Counted from the stretch's first letter, positions 14,517 to 28,600 are shown. The stretch: DNA of 64,000 nucleotides from Psilocybe cubensis (GCA_017499595.2 CM039007.1:1426001-1490000); one strand, 5' to 3'. Made by a program: numbers and translations. Notes: generated by a model not told the origin, from the letters alone.

Positions 14517-15794
14517 CTACGCTGTCTTCGCCACTCCTTTGTCCATCCAGTCTAATATCAAAGGTGTCAAACTCCCTAATTCCTTCATCCCTGCGAATCG
14601 GTCCAGAAATGGATCATCGTGGATGCCGTTTGCTTGGATGACTAGTGTCACCTCTTTATGCTGCTTTGCGACGATGGCAGAATATTTTTCTATCTCGAAT
14701 CGTAAGGTCTCTGCTGCCCCACCGGTTATCATGATTCGCTTGACAATTTTATCGACGCCTTCAAGCCAATTTTCAGGAGTATTGTTTCCCTCAAGATAAG
14801 GGATGATTGATTCAGGAACGCCATGAACGACCATGGAACCCCATCGAATGATGGTACGCGCGTCCAGGAAGTCACCATATCCATCATTGGCGAAAAGAAC
14901 GTTCTCCTCATTGACCATCTTTGTCCAAGGAGAGATCAAAAGCGCCCCACCAAATGGGCTAGATAATTCTAGCTTGGTTGTTTCCTCGAGTGGGTGAAGT
15001 ATGTGAGACAGTATGCCATGAATCAGAGCTCCTCCCGCAGAATCCCCCACTAGCTGAAGGTTCTCTGGCTTGACACCGGAATCGAGCAGGTGTTGGATGG
15101 CTGCAATTGCTTGTTTGAGCTGCGTAGGGAAGGGGGCATCCGGGACGAGGGCTGCATTTCGGAAGTACGAGAAACGTCCATCAGAAATCTATAGTGGATA
15201 GCGATTTTCCCGAACAGACTCACTGAAGTTCAGTATTGCCAATCCAATAGGCTTCCCATTCTCTGCCAAATTACTTTGTACCATTGACCAGAACTCTGTC
15301 GCGCCTGGCGGCTCGCTGACGACGAACCCTCCACCTATACAAATTGGATTCAATTGACTACAGATAGCGACCGAGGAAATCCCAAATACCGTGGAAGTAG
15401 ATCATCACTCTTTCTGTGAACTTGGGCCCTACCCATAATAGTCTCGAGCCATTTCCGAGCTCCTCGACAACACTGGCCAAGTTTCTTTCCTTGATGAAGG
15501 TATTATACATGTCCTGGGTAGAACCAAGCATTCCCCGAAGTTGCTTTGGGGTCAACTGCGAGAGAATCCACAACAAAAATCGATCTACGACAACTCTCTT
15601 TAGAGGTTTTTCTTTGACATAGCGACGGAATGGTGCAGCGATCAAACTTGTGGTGGCCACCAATGCTTAATTAGTCAAATCATCGTCAGTGTGTATAATC
15701 CGCCATGCCTCGGGGAGCTTGTCCACTCACGAAATGTTAACAAAACTTGCAACACTTTGAGTTTATCTAACGTAGATGGCTCTACTTCGGGCAT
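14517..15794 (-). CDS. Alpha/beta-hydrolase (HSL/Say1-like esterase), copy B
   Basis: IYFHG|GGF split by an intron, GDSAGG, LISPW and GIHDDP motifs. ATG at 15794. Tandem paralogue of copy A. Confidence 0.85.
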
Positions 15795-17335
15795 GATGAT
15801 GAACTCTGGCGCTCCGGGTCTTGGTGGTTTTTGAACGTGAAATAATGCAGATGAGAATGAAATAGCTTAGGCTTAAAAAGCTATGATTTTATAGGGCCTT
15901 TTGAGCTTTGCGATGATGCGTATGAGCCCGGATAAAATCGTTGCAGAAAGTCACGGAGATTAGTGCGTCGTTGCAAACTTGTAGTTGGTAGCACTTAAGG
16001 TCTTCTAACCGGCGACATTAGCCTTTTCCGTTTCGAGTACGACAACATACATATCTATTAGGACTCCGCATTCCGTACGTTTTCCTACGACTTTAAGTAG
16101 CAATCCTGTATTCTAAGGTATTTTCACGATGTCTTTCACCAAGACAAAGATAGTGAGAGCAAATCGACCCCAACCTCAACTTCAAACTTTGGAAGAATAT
16201 AGATCGCCTTTTTCTCCCTTGCTTTAGGCAATATGCCACTCTCAGAGTCTCAGTCGTATATTACTAATAATAACTTACTACGCCGGTCGGCGCGCCTCAT
16301 TGATCACCGCGTTGATTTTTTTAGGTCTACACGTGGACTCGGGCATTGGGGTGTCCAACACAGCGTATTAGCGATACAATTACTTAGCACAAGAGCGGCC
16401 ACGGTCAGTATTCTTTAGACCAAAAATATAATCGTAGTGGTGAATCTCACAAACTTTCTAATACGCCGTTCATCATTCTTTTTTTAACCTAAACAATCAG
16501 TACGGGCGCTTACTGAAAATAAATTCTCAAGCTATGTATCGGGATCCAAGCATATAACCGGTTCAGTACTACATCATGATGAATGATTGACTAAATGGAG
16601 GCATAACATTTTTTCCGTAGATGGTGAGTCGTCGTAGTTACAGATTGAAAGAGGGACAGACAGCTTGTATATAATATTTAAGAATATGATGTGGTTGGGT
16701 TGTGCAAAATACAAGGTCACTTGCGAGTGTTTGGACCCAATTTTAACCTTGAGAAGACGATCGGACATTTGAGTAAATCAGGTGTTAGCTGAAGAATGAT
16801 TCTGCTGAATTCAGGTTGTAACAATTGGTTCTGTAGACAGGACGTTGAAACAAATATGGCGCCAGCAATGAGCACTCAAGAAAACGGGCGGAATGTTGAT
16901 TGATCAATCGACGTTGCCGATGCATTCCGTGGGAACACAGCCACAACCACGTTTTGATCCGGGATCTGTGGTACCGTCATTGCCAAGGTTGGACGTTGGC
17001 TCTTTGTCCAATCAACTCACTGTCGACGTGGTTACATCTGCAGTGTGCACCTGGTAACTACACACATAGGTTTACTCGACCTTTTCTCGACTCTGTCATC
17101 CTTTCTACATATTTTTCCTTACACGTATGACTTGCAGCGACAAGGCTGGGTTTCATGGATTCGAACGGATTTTCTGGGATCTGCAACCCCGTATCAGACC
17201 GCAATCAGAACCGCTGAAACAGACGATCATTGATCCCTTCAAAATTAAAAGTTGCATCAAACGACGAGTCCAGGAGTGTGTTCAACTTGTGGATCCATGG
17301 AGCAAAATTTTTGGTATGGAGAAGTACAGAATACG

Positions 17336-19702
17336 TCAACTCAGAGCGCCTTTCGAAGCTCGGCGTGCTCTCTCCTTGAGAGCTTGTGATGCCATGTCAT
17401 ACTCTGCCCTGTCCATGTGTTCCGATTCGTGCCCATCAAGTGTAGAACGGAGAAGAGAGGTGTTTGTGGACGACAATCTCGATAGTTCGCCTGGTCGAAT
17501 AACCACCGATTCCTGTTCTTCGTCGCCAACCTTTGCATTGAATTTGTTTTTGTGGACATCAATTCCAGGTGGGACACGCGGCATATTATTGGCATAGTCC
17601 ATTCTACGCTGACTCCGCGTAGACACAGCAGAGCGCATGGTGTTGTTACGAGAAACGCCTCTGCCGGAGATGGTTTCGCCAGAATTTTTTCTAGTTAGAT
17701 ACCCGTCGGCGTTAATGTGGGCGGCTAAAGGTCTAGACGATGCAGCAAGTGGACGGTGGGACTCTTGTGTTGGTATGCGTCGGAAATCAGAATCTTGCTC
17801 ACTGTACATCGAGATGCTGTCGCCATCGCCAAAGGATAGGTTGGGAGCAGGCATCGTCGGCCGTTGAAACTTCTTTGAAACCAGGCTGTCAGTGTCTTTG
17901 ATGCGAAAATGCACAATTCCTGCACCATCTCCTGTGTCCTCAAGCGTCCAGGGCTTAGACGAAATAGTTGACAAGGAATCTTTTCTGGATAAACTGTCTT
18001 TCCTCAGTGCCTTTTCATCCCACACTGTATCCCTTACGGATTTACGGGGCGCTACCGACGGAAGAGCAGGGTGTTTATCCTCTTTCCCCATCCGTGGTGC
18101 CCCTGCGGCCGCAGACAGATTTGCAGCAACGGCGTTGAAAGCATTTGCGAGACCTGACCTAATAGATGAAGCCCATGCTTCGTTAGAAACTACTTGGGGT
18201 GATCCGCCTGGCGTTGGAAGTGGAGACTCCCCGGTATGAGTTTCAGTAGGGCCTTTCCCTCGGTTTCTCAGTCTATCCACAATGGTGCGCTGAGGCTCTG
18301 AATGACCATCTTCTTCTAAGCTTGATAAAGGAGGCTTATAGGCAGGCTTCAAACTCGATGGGACGTTATTCACAACAGTCAGAGGCCGACGATGCTCAAT
18401 TGAATAAACTGAAGCATTGTCTCTAAACCATCCTCGACTTCCAGGACCCTGGTCCCCAAGATACGCAGGTTGATATCGTTGGGGGTGTTTGTGACGTACC
18501 CCGGCAGGGGTGTAAGCATCTATGGATGATATAGCCCCGAACGACTCTGCTGAGAATAGGTTATGACCGGGAATAGAATGGTCATGGAGGCTCCATGTCG
18601 AACCATTCAAAAAACTATCTGAGCGCTTGGGTTCTCCAACATCACGATCACCACGAGGGGTCCAGGCTTGCAAGTGGGCCATATCCTCACGACTTGGAAA
18701 AGTCTGACTGTACGGATCAGAGAAGTAATCATCTTTAGCTTTGCCTGCCTCAAGTCCCCCGTCGTCGTGGTTGGAAGGCCCGCCCCAAGGTACAAATGTT
18801 TTTGCCCAGCGCTTACGCCTTGCATTAGACTTGAGGCGAAACCACCAAGCTATCAAGGCTGCTAAGATCGCAATGCCAGCGATAGAACCTAGAACAATAC
18901 CGACATAGTATGGAGGTGTGTGAACATTGAGGTTTGATCCTGTCCTTGGGAGAGGAGGGGCCGTCACCGTCTCGGTTGGAGTCTGGTCGCTGGAAGTACT
19001 CGTTGCTATAGCAGAAGAGTTGGCAGAGTGTGAAGTCGAGAATGTATTTGATGTAAAGACAGAGCTGGAAGAGGATGTGATGACAGAAGAACTGCTCGAG
19101 ATAACTATAGTAGTTTGGGTCGATGACGAGATTGAGATCGTCGTCATGGACGAGCTCTGGGATGACGATATTGTTGAGGTGATAACAGACGACGTAGAGG
19201 TTGCAGATACAAGGACAGTTCTCGAGCTACTCACAAGAGTTGATGCGACGGAGACCGTTGCCCTTCCCGACTCAACAGAAGGGTAGACAGTGACGGTTAC
19301 AGTGTTCGATGTGGAAAGCCCAGGTGGGGAAGACGAGTCCTCTGTAGCTACCACTGTAGCTGCACTGTTAGCGCCGGTTACTGTGTTCGAAGCAGCTTCT
19401 ATTGTCTGTGAAAGGAGATCCTGGCTCGCGATGGCGGGGGGCGGTGTAACTAAACTAGGTGAGACCTGAGTGATGGGAGTTCCAGCAGTCGCAGGAAGCG
19501 CTGGTACAATTGCAGAGGGTGCAATATCGCCTGGAATAACATACGGTGCAGCAGGCTGAGCATCACCTCCGCCATTCTGAGATACCTGCAGGCTACCATC
19601 TGGATCCAGAGTAAAGAGTGGGATTTCGTCCAAATCAGAACCAGGGCCAGGGATAGCCACCTGATATTGGCGATTGATATTATTTGGATCGCCTGCAACC
19701 AT
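17336..19702 (-). CDS. Single-pass membrane protein with Ser/Thr-rich ectodomain (Mid2/mucin-like sensor architecture); further small 5' exons likely up to about 20100
   Basis: 788-aa ORF with a long S/T-rich tract, a TM helix YYVGIVLGSIAGIAILAALIAWWF followed by basic RLKSNARRKR, and a long low-complexity cytoplasmic tail. Start codon not resolved. Confidence 0.75.
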   Translation of the reverse strand: MVAGDPNNINRQYQVAIPGPGSDLDEIPLFTLDPDGSLQVSQNGGGDAQPAAPYVIPGDIAPSAIVPALPATAGTPITQVSPSLVTPPPAIASQDLLSQTIEAASNTVTGANSAATVVATEDSSSPPGLSTSNTVTVTVYPSVESGRATVSVASTLVSSSRTVLVSATSTSSVITSTISSSQSSSMTTISISSSTQTTIVISSSSSVITSSSSSVFTSNTFSTSHSANSSAIATSTSSDQTPTETVTAPPLPRTGSNLNVHTPPYYVGIVLGSIAGIAILAALIAWWFRLKSNARRKRWAKTFVPWGGPSNHDDGGLEAGKAKDDYFSDPYSQTFPSREDMAHLQAWTPRGDRDVGEPKRSDSFLNGSTWSLHDHSIPGHNLFSAESFGAISSIDAYTPAGVRHKHPQRYQPAYLGDQGPGSRGWFRDNASVYSIEHRRPLTVVNNVPSSLKPAYKPPLSSLEEDGHSEPQRTIVDRLRNRGKGPTETHTGESPLPTPGGSPQVVSNEAWASSIRSGLANAFNAVAANLSAAAGAPRMGKEDKHPALPSVAPRKSVRDTVWDEKALRKDSLSRKDSLSTISSKPWTLEDTGDGAGIVHFRIKDTDSLVSKKFQRPTMPAPNLSFGDGDSISMYSEQDSDFRRIPTQESHRPLAASSRPLAAHINADGYLTRKNSGETISGRGVSRNNTMRSAVSTRSQRRMDYANNMPRVPPGIDVHKNKFNAKVGDEEQESVVIRPGELSRLSSTNTSLLRSTLDGHESEHMDRAEYDMASQALKERARRASKGALS

Positions 19703-22418
19703 GGAAAAGAAGAATGAGTGTCTGTGTTACGAGCTACCTGAGCGAAAATCAGTGTCGGCCAGCGAAAATAGAAATGGATGGAAACGGTGAAAAAACACTT
19801 GTTCAACGTTCAGTACCCAATGACACCAGTAAGCACACCATCGCTATCTAGACAATTCGATCGAGGGCTGTCAGCCTCACTTCGCCTGGTCTGTGCCATT
19901 TCATGACTCACCAGATCAACGAAAGGCCTGGAGTTGAGTCCATGTGGATTCGTAGAGAGCTAATAGTATTGATATCTTATTTGGTATGACGTGACTGTAC
20001 GAATACCATCATCAACATAGCATAAATTGACTTGACCAGATTTCATAGTGGCAGATATTCAGTCCATTGACACTTTCACGGAATCTGGGAATTATTAATC
20101 ATGGATCTGTATCATCCTTCAGAAACGATGGAAATTGGCAGCTGGATGGCTTGGTATCTTTGTATATCTGAGTGATGGAGTAACTGACCTCGGTAGTTGA
20201 ACATTGAACGTTTGAAATTGAATCCACGTATGTTTTTGAGAGAAAGTCGTCTGATCTGAATCACAGAACTTTAGTATCTTTAAAACGTTGACCTTGAAAT
20301 CGGTGTATGTCGGGGTTTGATGGATTGGTGAGAAAATTGTTGAGTAATGTCAATAGACCGAAGGTGGCCTACAATGTAAAAAGATTTAGCAACTACGTAG
20401 TCAAAATCATGCTTGCCGGGTGTGACTTCCAGGGGATGCAAGACATCACACTCAAACAGTGCCAAGCCGTTTACTTCGATTCTGACGAAGGATAAATCCG
20501 GACCGTAGTTGATGTCGCCTCTTGATTAGTGGATGTTCAACTCTCTTCACATCTTCAAAATAAATTTTGAATGTCGCCAGAACTATCGATAAATCGTACT
20601 TACCTGATTTGATTAAGGGATGATGGTGATGACTATAACTTTAGGTAGCCACTAACAAACAATCTAATTCGCAGTAGCTCTTCGTTCACAGACCGTGTAG
20701 TATCAGATATTCATATCATAGTACAATGAGAAATTGAACATCCGATATCAAAGGCCAAAAGGAACCGTGTCACTTTCAAATTCGTAAAGCATTCAAACAT
20801 GTGTCCGTATAAGTAGGAACCCGCATAGTACTTCTGAAGTTGCATTTGTGGTTTAAAGACATTATTGCACAGGATCGAAATATTTAGGCCTTCACGGACG
20901 ACAGTGTGTGTGAATTGGCTAAAGAAAGAGTATGTGCAGTATTTCAATTGAGTCTAAGAAAAGAAGTAATGCGGGTTGTTGACAGAAAAATATGACAAAC
21001 TACGGAACTGTGCAAACCATTCAATCCGCATCTGAAAGTGGGTGCTTTGCTCGAGTCATTTCATTATTCCACCATGGCTTAGCAATACAGATTTCTCAGC
21101 TTCCTGGGGCATCCGATGCTTTCTAAATCACCTACGAGGACATACCTATTTTCGTTGTAAGCGTGGTTTATCATCCACGCTTTTAGCCATGAGGCAAAAT
21201 GGATATGGATTAGCAAATCCATCCCACATCATCATCTGGGGAATTAGATATTATGTACCATCAATTTACGGAGGTTCAGGAGTTTTACCTGGACTAGAGA
21301 CCCGAGCTGATAAGAGCTCCATAAAGTAGCGAAAAATACAAAAAAAAATCGTTTGGGTGATGGGGAGCGTATTGGAGTTTGGCGTTAATTCCAAGCGTCG
21401 GGAGTGATTAGGAGCCGTGGCATACTCAGGTAGTCGTTTTGTCGGACGTATCGGCACGGGTCCATTTTGGGCATGATGATGTGATACGCGAGACGAATAC
21501 GATCATGGCGTCGAAGAATTCAGCGAGGATTAGACCTCTTTGACTGGACTTTAATGCCTTGGATTCCGGAGCGGGATCACGCCAACTACTGAGCGCCCAG
21601 TTCGGAATAGAGTGCAGCGGTTCTGAAAGAGAGTTCATAGAACGAAATAGCAGATAAATCAGTTGAAATGCAAAGCAGACAGTTCATGAAATGCAAATTC
21701 AAGTAGTGTCGGTGAGTGTGGTCGCATGGTGGATACGGGATAGAAATCTGGACACGTGAGGTATATGTTTAGCTCTCCGACAAGCCATCGGAAAGATGCC
21801 TAAATGGGACGAATTGATAGAATTGATAGATGAGGCTGTGACCCATTTTGCGCTCACTCATGCGCGCATAGTAACTTTTATGTCAGGTCCAAGTCTCGTC
21901 AAGGGATTGCGTGGCTGTAACTTGCCTAAACCAATTTCTGAAGTTTCAACCTCATCTCATCTCTTTTATCGCATACCTGCTACCGTGGAATGCAGGAATG
22001 CACCTAATCGCGATACAACGCCAGAGGTTTCTTTCTAGTGTATTTTCTATGTTAGAACAAATGATGACTCACAGGCAACTTCGTCTTTTAGATTTCAGTC
22101 GTGGTTACATCGTATTTCGGATCGAGTCAAGATGGTTCCGCAGACCCAAAATTGATCCACGGACCGGTGCCTTACATACCATCATCATGTACATGTTTCA
22201 TCGTGATACTTGTGAGCAGAGGCTATTCATCCGCCAGGATTTGACAAGATTGCCTGTTGTTCAGATCTACCTCCACCCGCTGGACATCCCGAATCTGACT
22301 CGGTCTCCAAATCCAAGGAGCGGTGTAAACTTGATATACTATATAAAGGTTTGTAAAATATCGTCGTCGTATTCTCCTCACTTACACAATCCCTTCCGTT
22401 CTCCCCATCCCTTCCCCG

Positions 22419-24249
22419 ATGCTTAGTTCCCATCTAACCGTTCTGGAGTCGAGCTCCAAACAATATTCCAACAAAACCCTCTTCCGAACTCCCCAAATTA
22501 ACTCCAGTGGATCCGTTGAGGCATGGAACTCCATATCATACGCAGAATTTCATCGAGATGTCGAGCTATATGCGCGCTATTGGACACGCGTATTTTCTGA
22601 AGAGTCAATACCTAAGCGTTCAGTAATTGGGATGTGGTATGTTTATAATGTGTCTGTTTAAACAGGCGTATACTGATTTTTGTTTAGGATCAGTGGATTC
22701 ACATATATCGATGTTCTCCACATCTATGGTATCTCAAGAGCAGGATATATTCCACAACTATTCAGTCTGCGACTACCAAATCCCTCTGTAATTTACGAAC
22801 TACTGCATAAAGCCAGCGCCAAAGCTCTAATTTACGATCCATCGTTCGAATCAATATTAATCGACTGCCCCGTACCGGCCCATCGTATTCTTTCATCAGA
22901 ACGGATAGAAAGCGTCGAGGAGTCACTTCCGAGTATCCTAAATATTCATGAGGACGATATCGCATTCTATTTCCACACTAGTGGGTCGACGTCTGGCAGC
23001 CCAAAGCTTGTGCCTATGTCCTTCCGTTGGCTGAACTCCGTCGCTGTTAAATCACATCACATCAGCATGCCGCAAAACCAAGAACGTCAAGATGTTACGG
23101 TGGCTATGTGAGTGCCTTTAATTATTCACGCCCCTCCAAGTCTTCCAAGAGCTTCTAGCTGAACTATATTGAACAGGGGTAGCATGTGCCATATCGGTCA
23201 GACATTCAGTGAGTATTTTCTTCCTTTTGTAATATCCGTGTCGTAATACTGAACCCTATTTCCAGTGTTTGTTGGTACACTGCAGCATGGGTCATGTGTA
23301 ATTCTACCCACTACCATCGCATTCTCATCCGAGGAGCTCGTTGACATGATCATTCGTTGCGGACTCAACCGTCTCAACCAATTCGCCGCTTTCCTGATGA
23401 AACACTTCAGAAATGCTCGACAGGACGCTAAACTCCTTTCAATCATGAAAAACCTGGACGATGTTCTCTACTCAGGAATGGCGCTCCCATACGAGGACGA
23501 GCAGTGGGCACTCAAGAGCGGCATCAGATTAAGGGTAAATTATTTGAATTTAACGGTACCCATTTTATTCTAAACATGATTTTGCTCTTTAGAATCTGTT
23601 CGGAAGCACAGAGATGGGCGGGATGCTCCTCGCAGGCGAGCACGAGCTTAACAGAGCACTTCTACGACCCCTTCCGGGTACATCTTACCGTTTCGATCCC
23701 ATCGAGGCACCTGAGGAAGAGGGAGTTCATCAGTCCACTGCTGCCCTCTTCGAGCTTGTAATTCTCTCAGACTCTCCAGACTGTCCTCATCAATCTCTAC
23801 GACATGCTGACGGTCACTTCCACACTGGAGATCTTTTCCAACAGATCCTTCCGGGCTGGTGGGTTTCTCGGGGACGAGACGACGACTGGATCAAGTCAGA
23901 AACCAGTCTGAGGTGCGATACCAAGGCTATTGAGGACAACGCAAGGGCTATGTGCGGTTCTCTGATCGCCGAGTGCATCGTCGTTGGAAGCGGTCGTCCA
24001 TCGCCGGTCATGTTTGTGGAGCCTGCAGTCGAGATGGACCACAACAAGCTCAAAAAAGAAATCATTCGAAAGACTCGCCACTTCCATTCCCGCCGCTACC
24101 TACACGAGCGCATAACTTCCTCTGACATGATCGTAATTGTCGATCGGCAAACTCTGCCCAGGACTGCTACCAAGGGTAACATCCGCCGGAAAGCCGTAGA
24201 GGAGCACTTCAAGGCAGAAATTGATCAGATATTCGGTTGCTCGAGATGA
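22419..24249 (+). CDS. Stand-alone adenylate-forming (ANL/acyl-CoA synthetase-like) enzyme
   Basis: P-loop FHTSGSTSGSPK, FGSTE, FHTGDLF, SRGRDDDWIK and terminal PRTATKGNIRRK. About 5 exons; no thiolation or reductase domain follows. Confidence 0.88.
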
Positions 24250-24896
24250 TCAGGAGCGTGTCTTGCCTATCATTCGGTCGCTAAAACTTCATTTCGTCTT
24301 TCATTTAACTTTATATTTATCTCTAATCCAGCTATTGTACTCCCAGTATTCACATTTTACCGTATTTTGTAGCTATTTTTTTACCCTATTTTTCGTATAA
24401 TTTCGGACACTTTCGTGTATCTCTTACCACATTCTAGTTCTAATTTTCATTCATCCACCTGTAGCCTTAGCATTTCACTGTCTGTTTGTATACTCTTTAT
24501 CATTATATCATTCTGATGCTTGCCCCTTACAATCTTACCTCTTGTGGTAGCAACGGATCAAAATACTTCGGCCTGATAAAACTAAATTTAGCGCACGGAG
24601 AGCGGGACACTTGTGATCAATGCATCATTCAATCACGTTTTATATGGACCGGGATAAGCCAAGCTTCATCTCCTGAAAGTGAATAAACGTTTCAGAACTA
24701 ACATGGTTACAGAGTCGTTGTTAATCAACTGAGATCGGGTCTAAATTTGGGGCTATGAACCCTACCGGTGACTTTGATTTTCTTGTCTGAAGAAAGTCAA
24801 GGTCTGCGCATGCAACGCGTATGCAGTAGAGAATGATGATGATGATGATACGCAGTTTCAGCCGTCTAGGAAAGACCGCTGTACGTTCGCTCAGTA

Positions 24897-27387
24897 TTAC
24901 TGCGCTTGATGGAACGCAGATTCTTCCTGCATCTGGTCAAATTATATTAGTATCTCTGGCGGCATTTTGACAAGCGCATCCAAAGCTCACCCATGGTTCA
25001 TCTTTCGACGTGTACTTCGCGGGCGGCCTCTGGAAACAAGATATTGTGTCGGCCTCCTGGGCGTCTTTCAATAGAAATACTACGCCAAGTTCGTAGTTGG
25101 TGATCTGCATGCGTTGGCGTGAACGCTTGTAATGATCGACAAAATGGAGGATGAACGTACATTGAGAATGGGCGTAAACGCCGAGCCCGATAGCGTCCCC
25201 CATGCTGATGGTGTAAAATTATGAGAACCGACATATGCCCAACCTGCACCAGGATCGACGACTTCAATTTCATCATCCGTATCATCCTCTGTGTCTGACA
25301 GCACTTCCTGCACTTCCTGTGGTCCCGAGCCAGGTTTTTGTAACATGGCAATAATCATCTGATTATATATGTTATAAATTTCAGAATAATCAAGGGATAA
25401 AATCTACCTTCGAATGCATCAAAACAGGACCAGCTTTACTCTTGGAATCGTAGAGGTTGCTTCTTGGAAAATTCTTTGAACCGTATTGTTTCCGACGGCA
25501 GAATATAGTCCCTCCACCCTATGAATGTTTGATTGTGAGTTCTTAACTAGAAAATTAAACGGACCTTTTCCCCCAAGTGACTGGCTTGAACTGTTGATTT
25601 TGTGGGAAATACAATCTTGATTGATGGAAGTAGTAATCTCTCTCGAGATTTCTTAGATTTATCTAGCCAATCTTCGGCGCTTTCTCCCCTGGCCGACCAG
25701 TGGAATTCATTCAGCCATTGGGTAGTATAAGCGCCAATGCTTGATCCCTACCAAGGATATACAGATGTCAAGAAAAGCCAAACGTCCTATTCACCATACT
25801 GACCTGACATTCTATGGCCAAGTTTTTGGCAGACTTAGCTGTACCGGTGCGCATCCCCATTTTTCGCACTACGAACATGAGTCGAGGATGTCCATATCTA
25901 CCACGGATCATGATTTAACTTCAGCAGATGATAGAAAAGTAACGCACTGAATTACATGAGGCCATCCTTCATGCTTCCCAGCAATGGAAGCGACTAAATG
26001 AGCCTTGACACTTGACCAGTCCCATTTTTGGCGTAATTCGTCTATAGATTTCAGGGGAAGGTCTGGATGCTATAAGTTGTCAACGTAAGTCGCAGTACAG
26101 TTGAAGACGCAGAAGAATAAAGACATTATCTCTTATCATCGCCGCTAAGGCTGGCTTGACGTTGACAGCATGGAGGGTTTTTTGCAACGCCGAGGGAAAG
26201 TCATCTGTAACCTTCGGATCGTGCGGGATAGGTTTAGGACGGAGAGGAATGTCCTGAAGCCAGACGGACTGTTACCGAAATGGAGTTAGAATCATAGATT
26301 TTCGAAGCTGTTACAACGCACATTTTCCATGTCGCGCCAGTCATATGCAATCAAGTTTGCGGTAGATATGACAACACGCAGTCTGCCTGTTTTATAGAAC
26401 AACTGTACGGCGATGAGTAGAGCTTCAACTAACAGAGGGGAAAGGTATTACCAGCATAAACTATAAAATGTTTATCAGTAAAGATACCACAGATATATGC
26501 CAATAATAACCTTCATGTGCTGGCATCCAAATCCCCCACGTAAGTACGGAGTAGTTCGTATCCAATGAGGAAGAACATTCTTGATGGTGGCTTCCCCAGA
26601 TTCATCAGGCTGGGCGACCATGATGACGGGAACGGAAGGATCGAAGAATTGGTATATCCATGGAAAATCAAGAGCATACGAGGACATAATTGCAAAAGCC
26701 AGGTTGGATTTCTATTCGGCTAGATCAAGCAAGGTTCCTGGTTGAATATAAATTTGAGCGCACCTTTCCCAGAATCTCTGTCAATCGAAAAGTTGGCTTC
26801 CCATCCTTCCGCGGCTCAGCACCCATTGTGGCGGTTTGACGAAGTTCGCCTTTCCAGAACATTTGTTCGCTTGTAGACCCAGAGCTTGAATTTCTAGAGC
26901 TGTTTACACTAGAAACGTTAGATCGTACATTGGACTGACTAGGAGGGTAAACTTGGTGCCTCTTGGCGGGTGGCTCTTCGCCCTCCGAGTCATCCTCGGG
27001 AACCGGTATATCTTCCATCAGGGGTCTGAGGCGCTTCTGCCGTTCGCGTCGTTCACGTTCAAGCTGGGCTCTCTCAGATAGAAAAGTGGACACTGGAGAG
27101 CAATCTGGTTGAACATCGGGGCGAGAACTGGGGCCAGGGATCCGATGCAAGTGGGACTTTGTTGATTCCATGTGCTCTTGAGACATCTTTAATGCCTGCT
27201 TGAGCTCCTCTTGGAACCGTGCCTCTTCAGTATCCTCGTCTTCATCACTGTCGAGGTTAATGAGAGCAGGTTTTTTATTATTCTCTTGCAAGCTTAAAGC
27301 TATCGCCCTAGATAGTTTATCAATATATGTGCAACAGAGCATTAATATATCTCAAGACCTGGCGATATCTTCATCTTCGCTGGACAT
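24897..27387 (-). CDS. TDP1: Tyrosyl-DNA phosphodiesterase 1 (PLD superfamily)
   Basis: GCQHMK..LRVVISTANL first HK motif, LMHSK|MIIA second motif, WAYVGSHNFTPSAWG and NYELGV. UIM-like RAIALSLQE at the N-terminus. Multi-exon; ATG at 27387, stop at 24897-24899. Confidence 0.9.
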
Positions 27388-27659
27388 ATTGTTATGAGTG
27401 GTTGTGGATGGTTCAGAGCAGTTGGCCGACCTGTGACAGACTCCAATCAACGCCACTCGTGCGCGACTTTTCATAATGAGGCACATGATGTGACACGTCG
27501 TACCCGTGGGAATTTAATGCCCAAAAGGAGCGATAAAAATGATGCCGCGATGATTGAACGTTGGCCCCTTGAGTTCAAAACTTCTACTCACCACTTCCAG
27601 CTTTCGGTCTAACCCTCACAAAAGAACAAACTCCATAAAAAGCGTCGTAGAAGATCTCA

Positions 27660-28600
27660 ATGGGTTATGAAGCTCCTACTGTAGGCCAATATCATTAACG
27701 TCCTTTAGTAAACTTCTCTTAGGACTTAGCTCTCAGGAGTATCAACTTGCGAAGCCTTATCTAAATGCCATTGAAATTGCTTTCCTCAAGACGTCAAGGT
27801 GGCTTTTTATTGCGTGCCTTCACAACTGTATATCTTCTGGGAATAGATTGTTAACACCGTTAGATATACATCCTTGGATGTCCTCCCGTTTGAAGGACAC
27901 TGGTTATTTCATGAGATCTCTGAAATATCATCTTGATACAGACGAGTTCGGGGATGACTATGAGGAAACATCGAACGTCGAGTCACTCTGCAGGTCGGCT
28001 CCGCTTGACTTGACTACGAACATCAGGAGAACAATGTTCTCACATTTGTTTTCCACTGTTGGGCAGCTTGGTGAACACTGGTCCCAATGGCCGCAACATC
28101 GTGAATGACTCAGAACACCAGTGTGTTGTTTCAAAAATTGTTTATCGAGTTATTCATATCTGATGCGAAAGACCAAAAGTGTTGCATACGTAACCTTTGG
28201 TGGCTGAAGATCTTGCTCACTCTTCCGGGAGTCACAAAGGTGCTAGCAGACACTAACGATAATGCGCAGATGTCAATCACTGCGCGCATGTGTCCTAGAC
28301 ATCACAGGCGATGCAAGTGGCATATTATTGACTTTTACAGTGCAGGAAGCCTCTAGACGGAAGATGGTATCAGCTACAAGAAAAAATAGCATCAGCGAGT
28401 ACTCATGGCTTCTCTGGAAATACTGGCGGGATCTAGTGGTGGTGGGGAAGGTAAGGTAGACGGCAACAATGTTGAAGGAGATAACATATCAGAGTTCTAT
28501 GCTGGAATTTTCTGCTCATTATCATGGAAACGATCTGGTAGCTGAGTACTGTTTCGTATCGATGGTTTGTTGGCCGGAGAGTCCGACCTGTAGGTTCAGA
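27660..28600 (+). CDS. Possible multi-exon hypothetical gene, divergent from TDP1
   Basis: Short ORF segments (27848..28108, 28262..28459) bounded by plausible splice sites. No recognisable motif; boundaries approximate. Confidence 0.3.

Noticed and set aside
20200-22300. Scattered ORFs, e.g. 21911..22426
   Set aside because: Non-ATG starts or no motifs, and no consistent gene model could be built. A degraded gene cannot be excluded.
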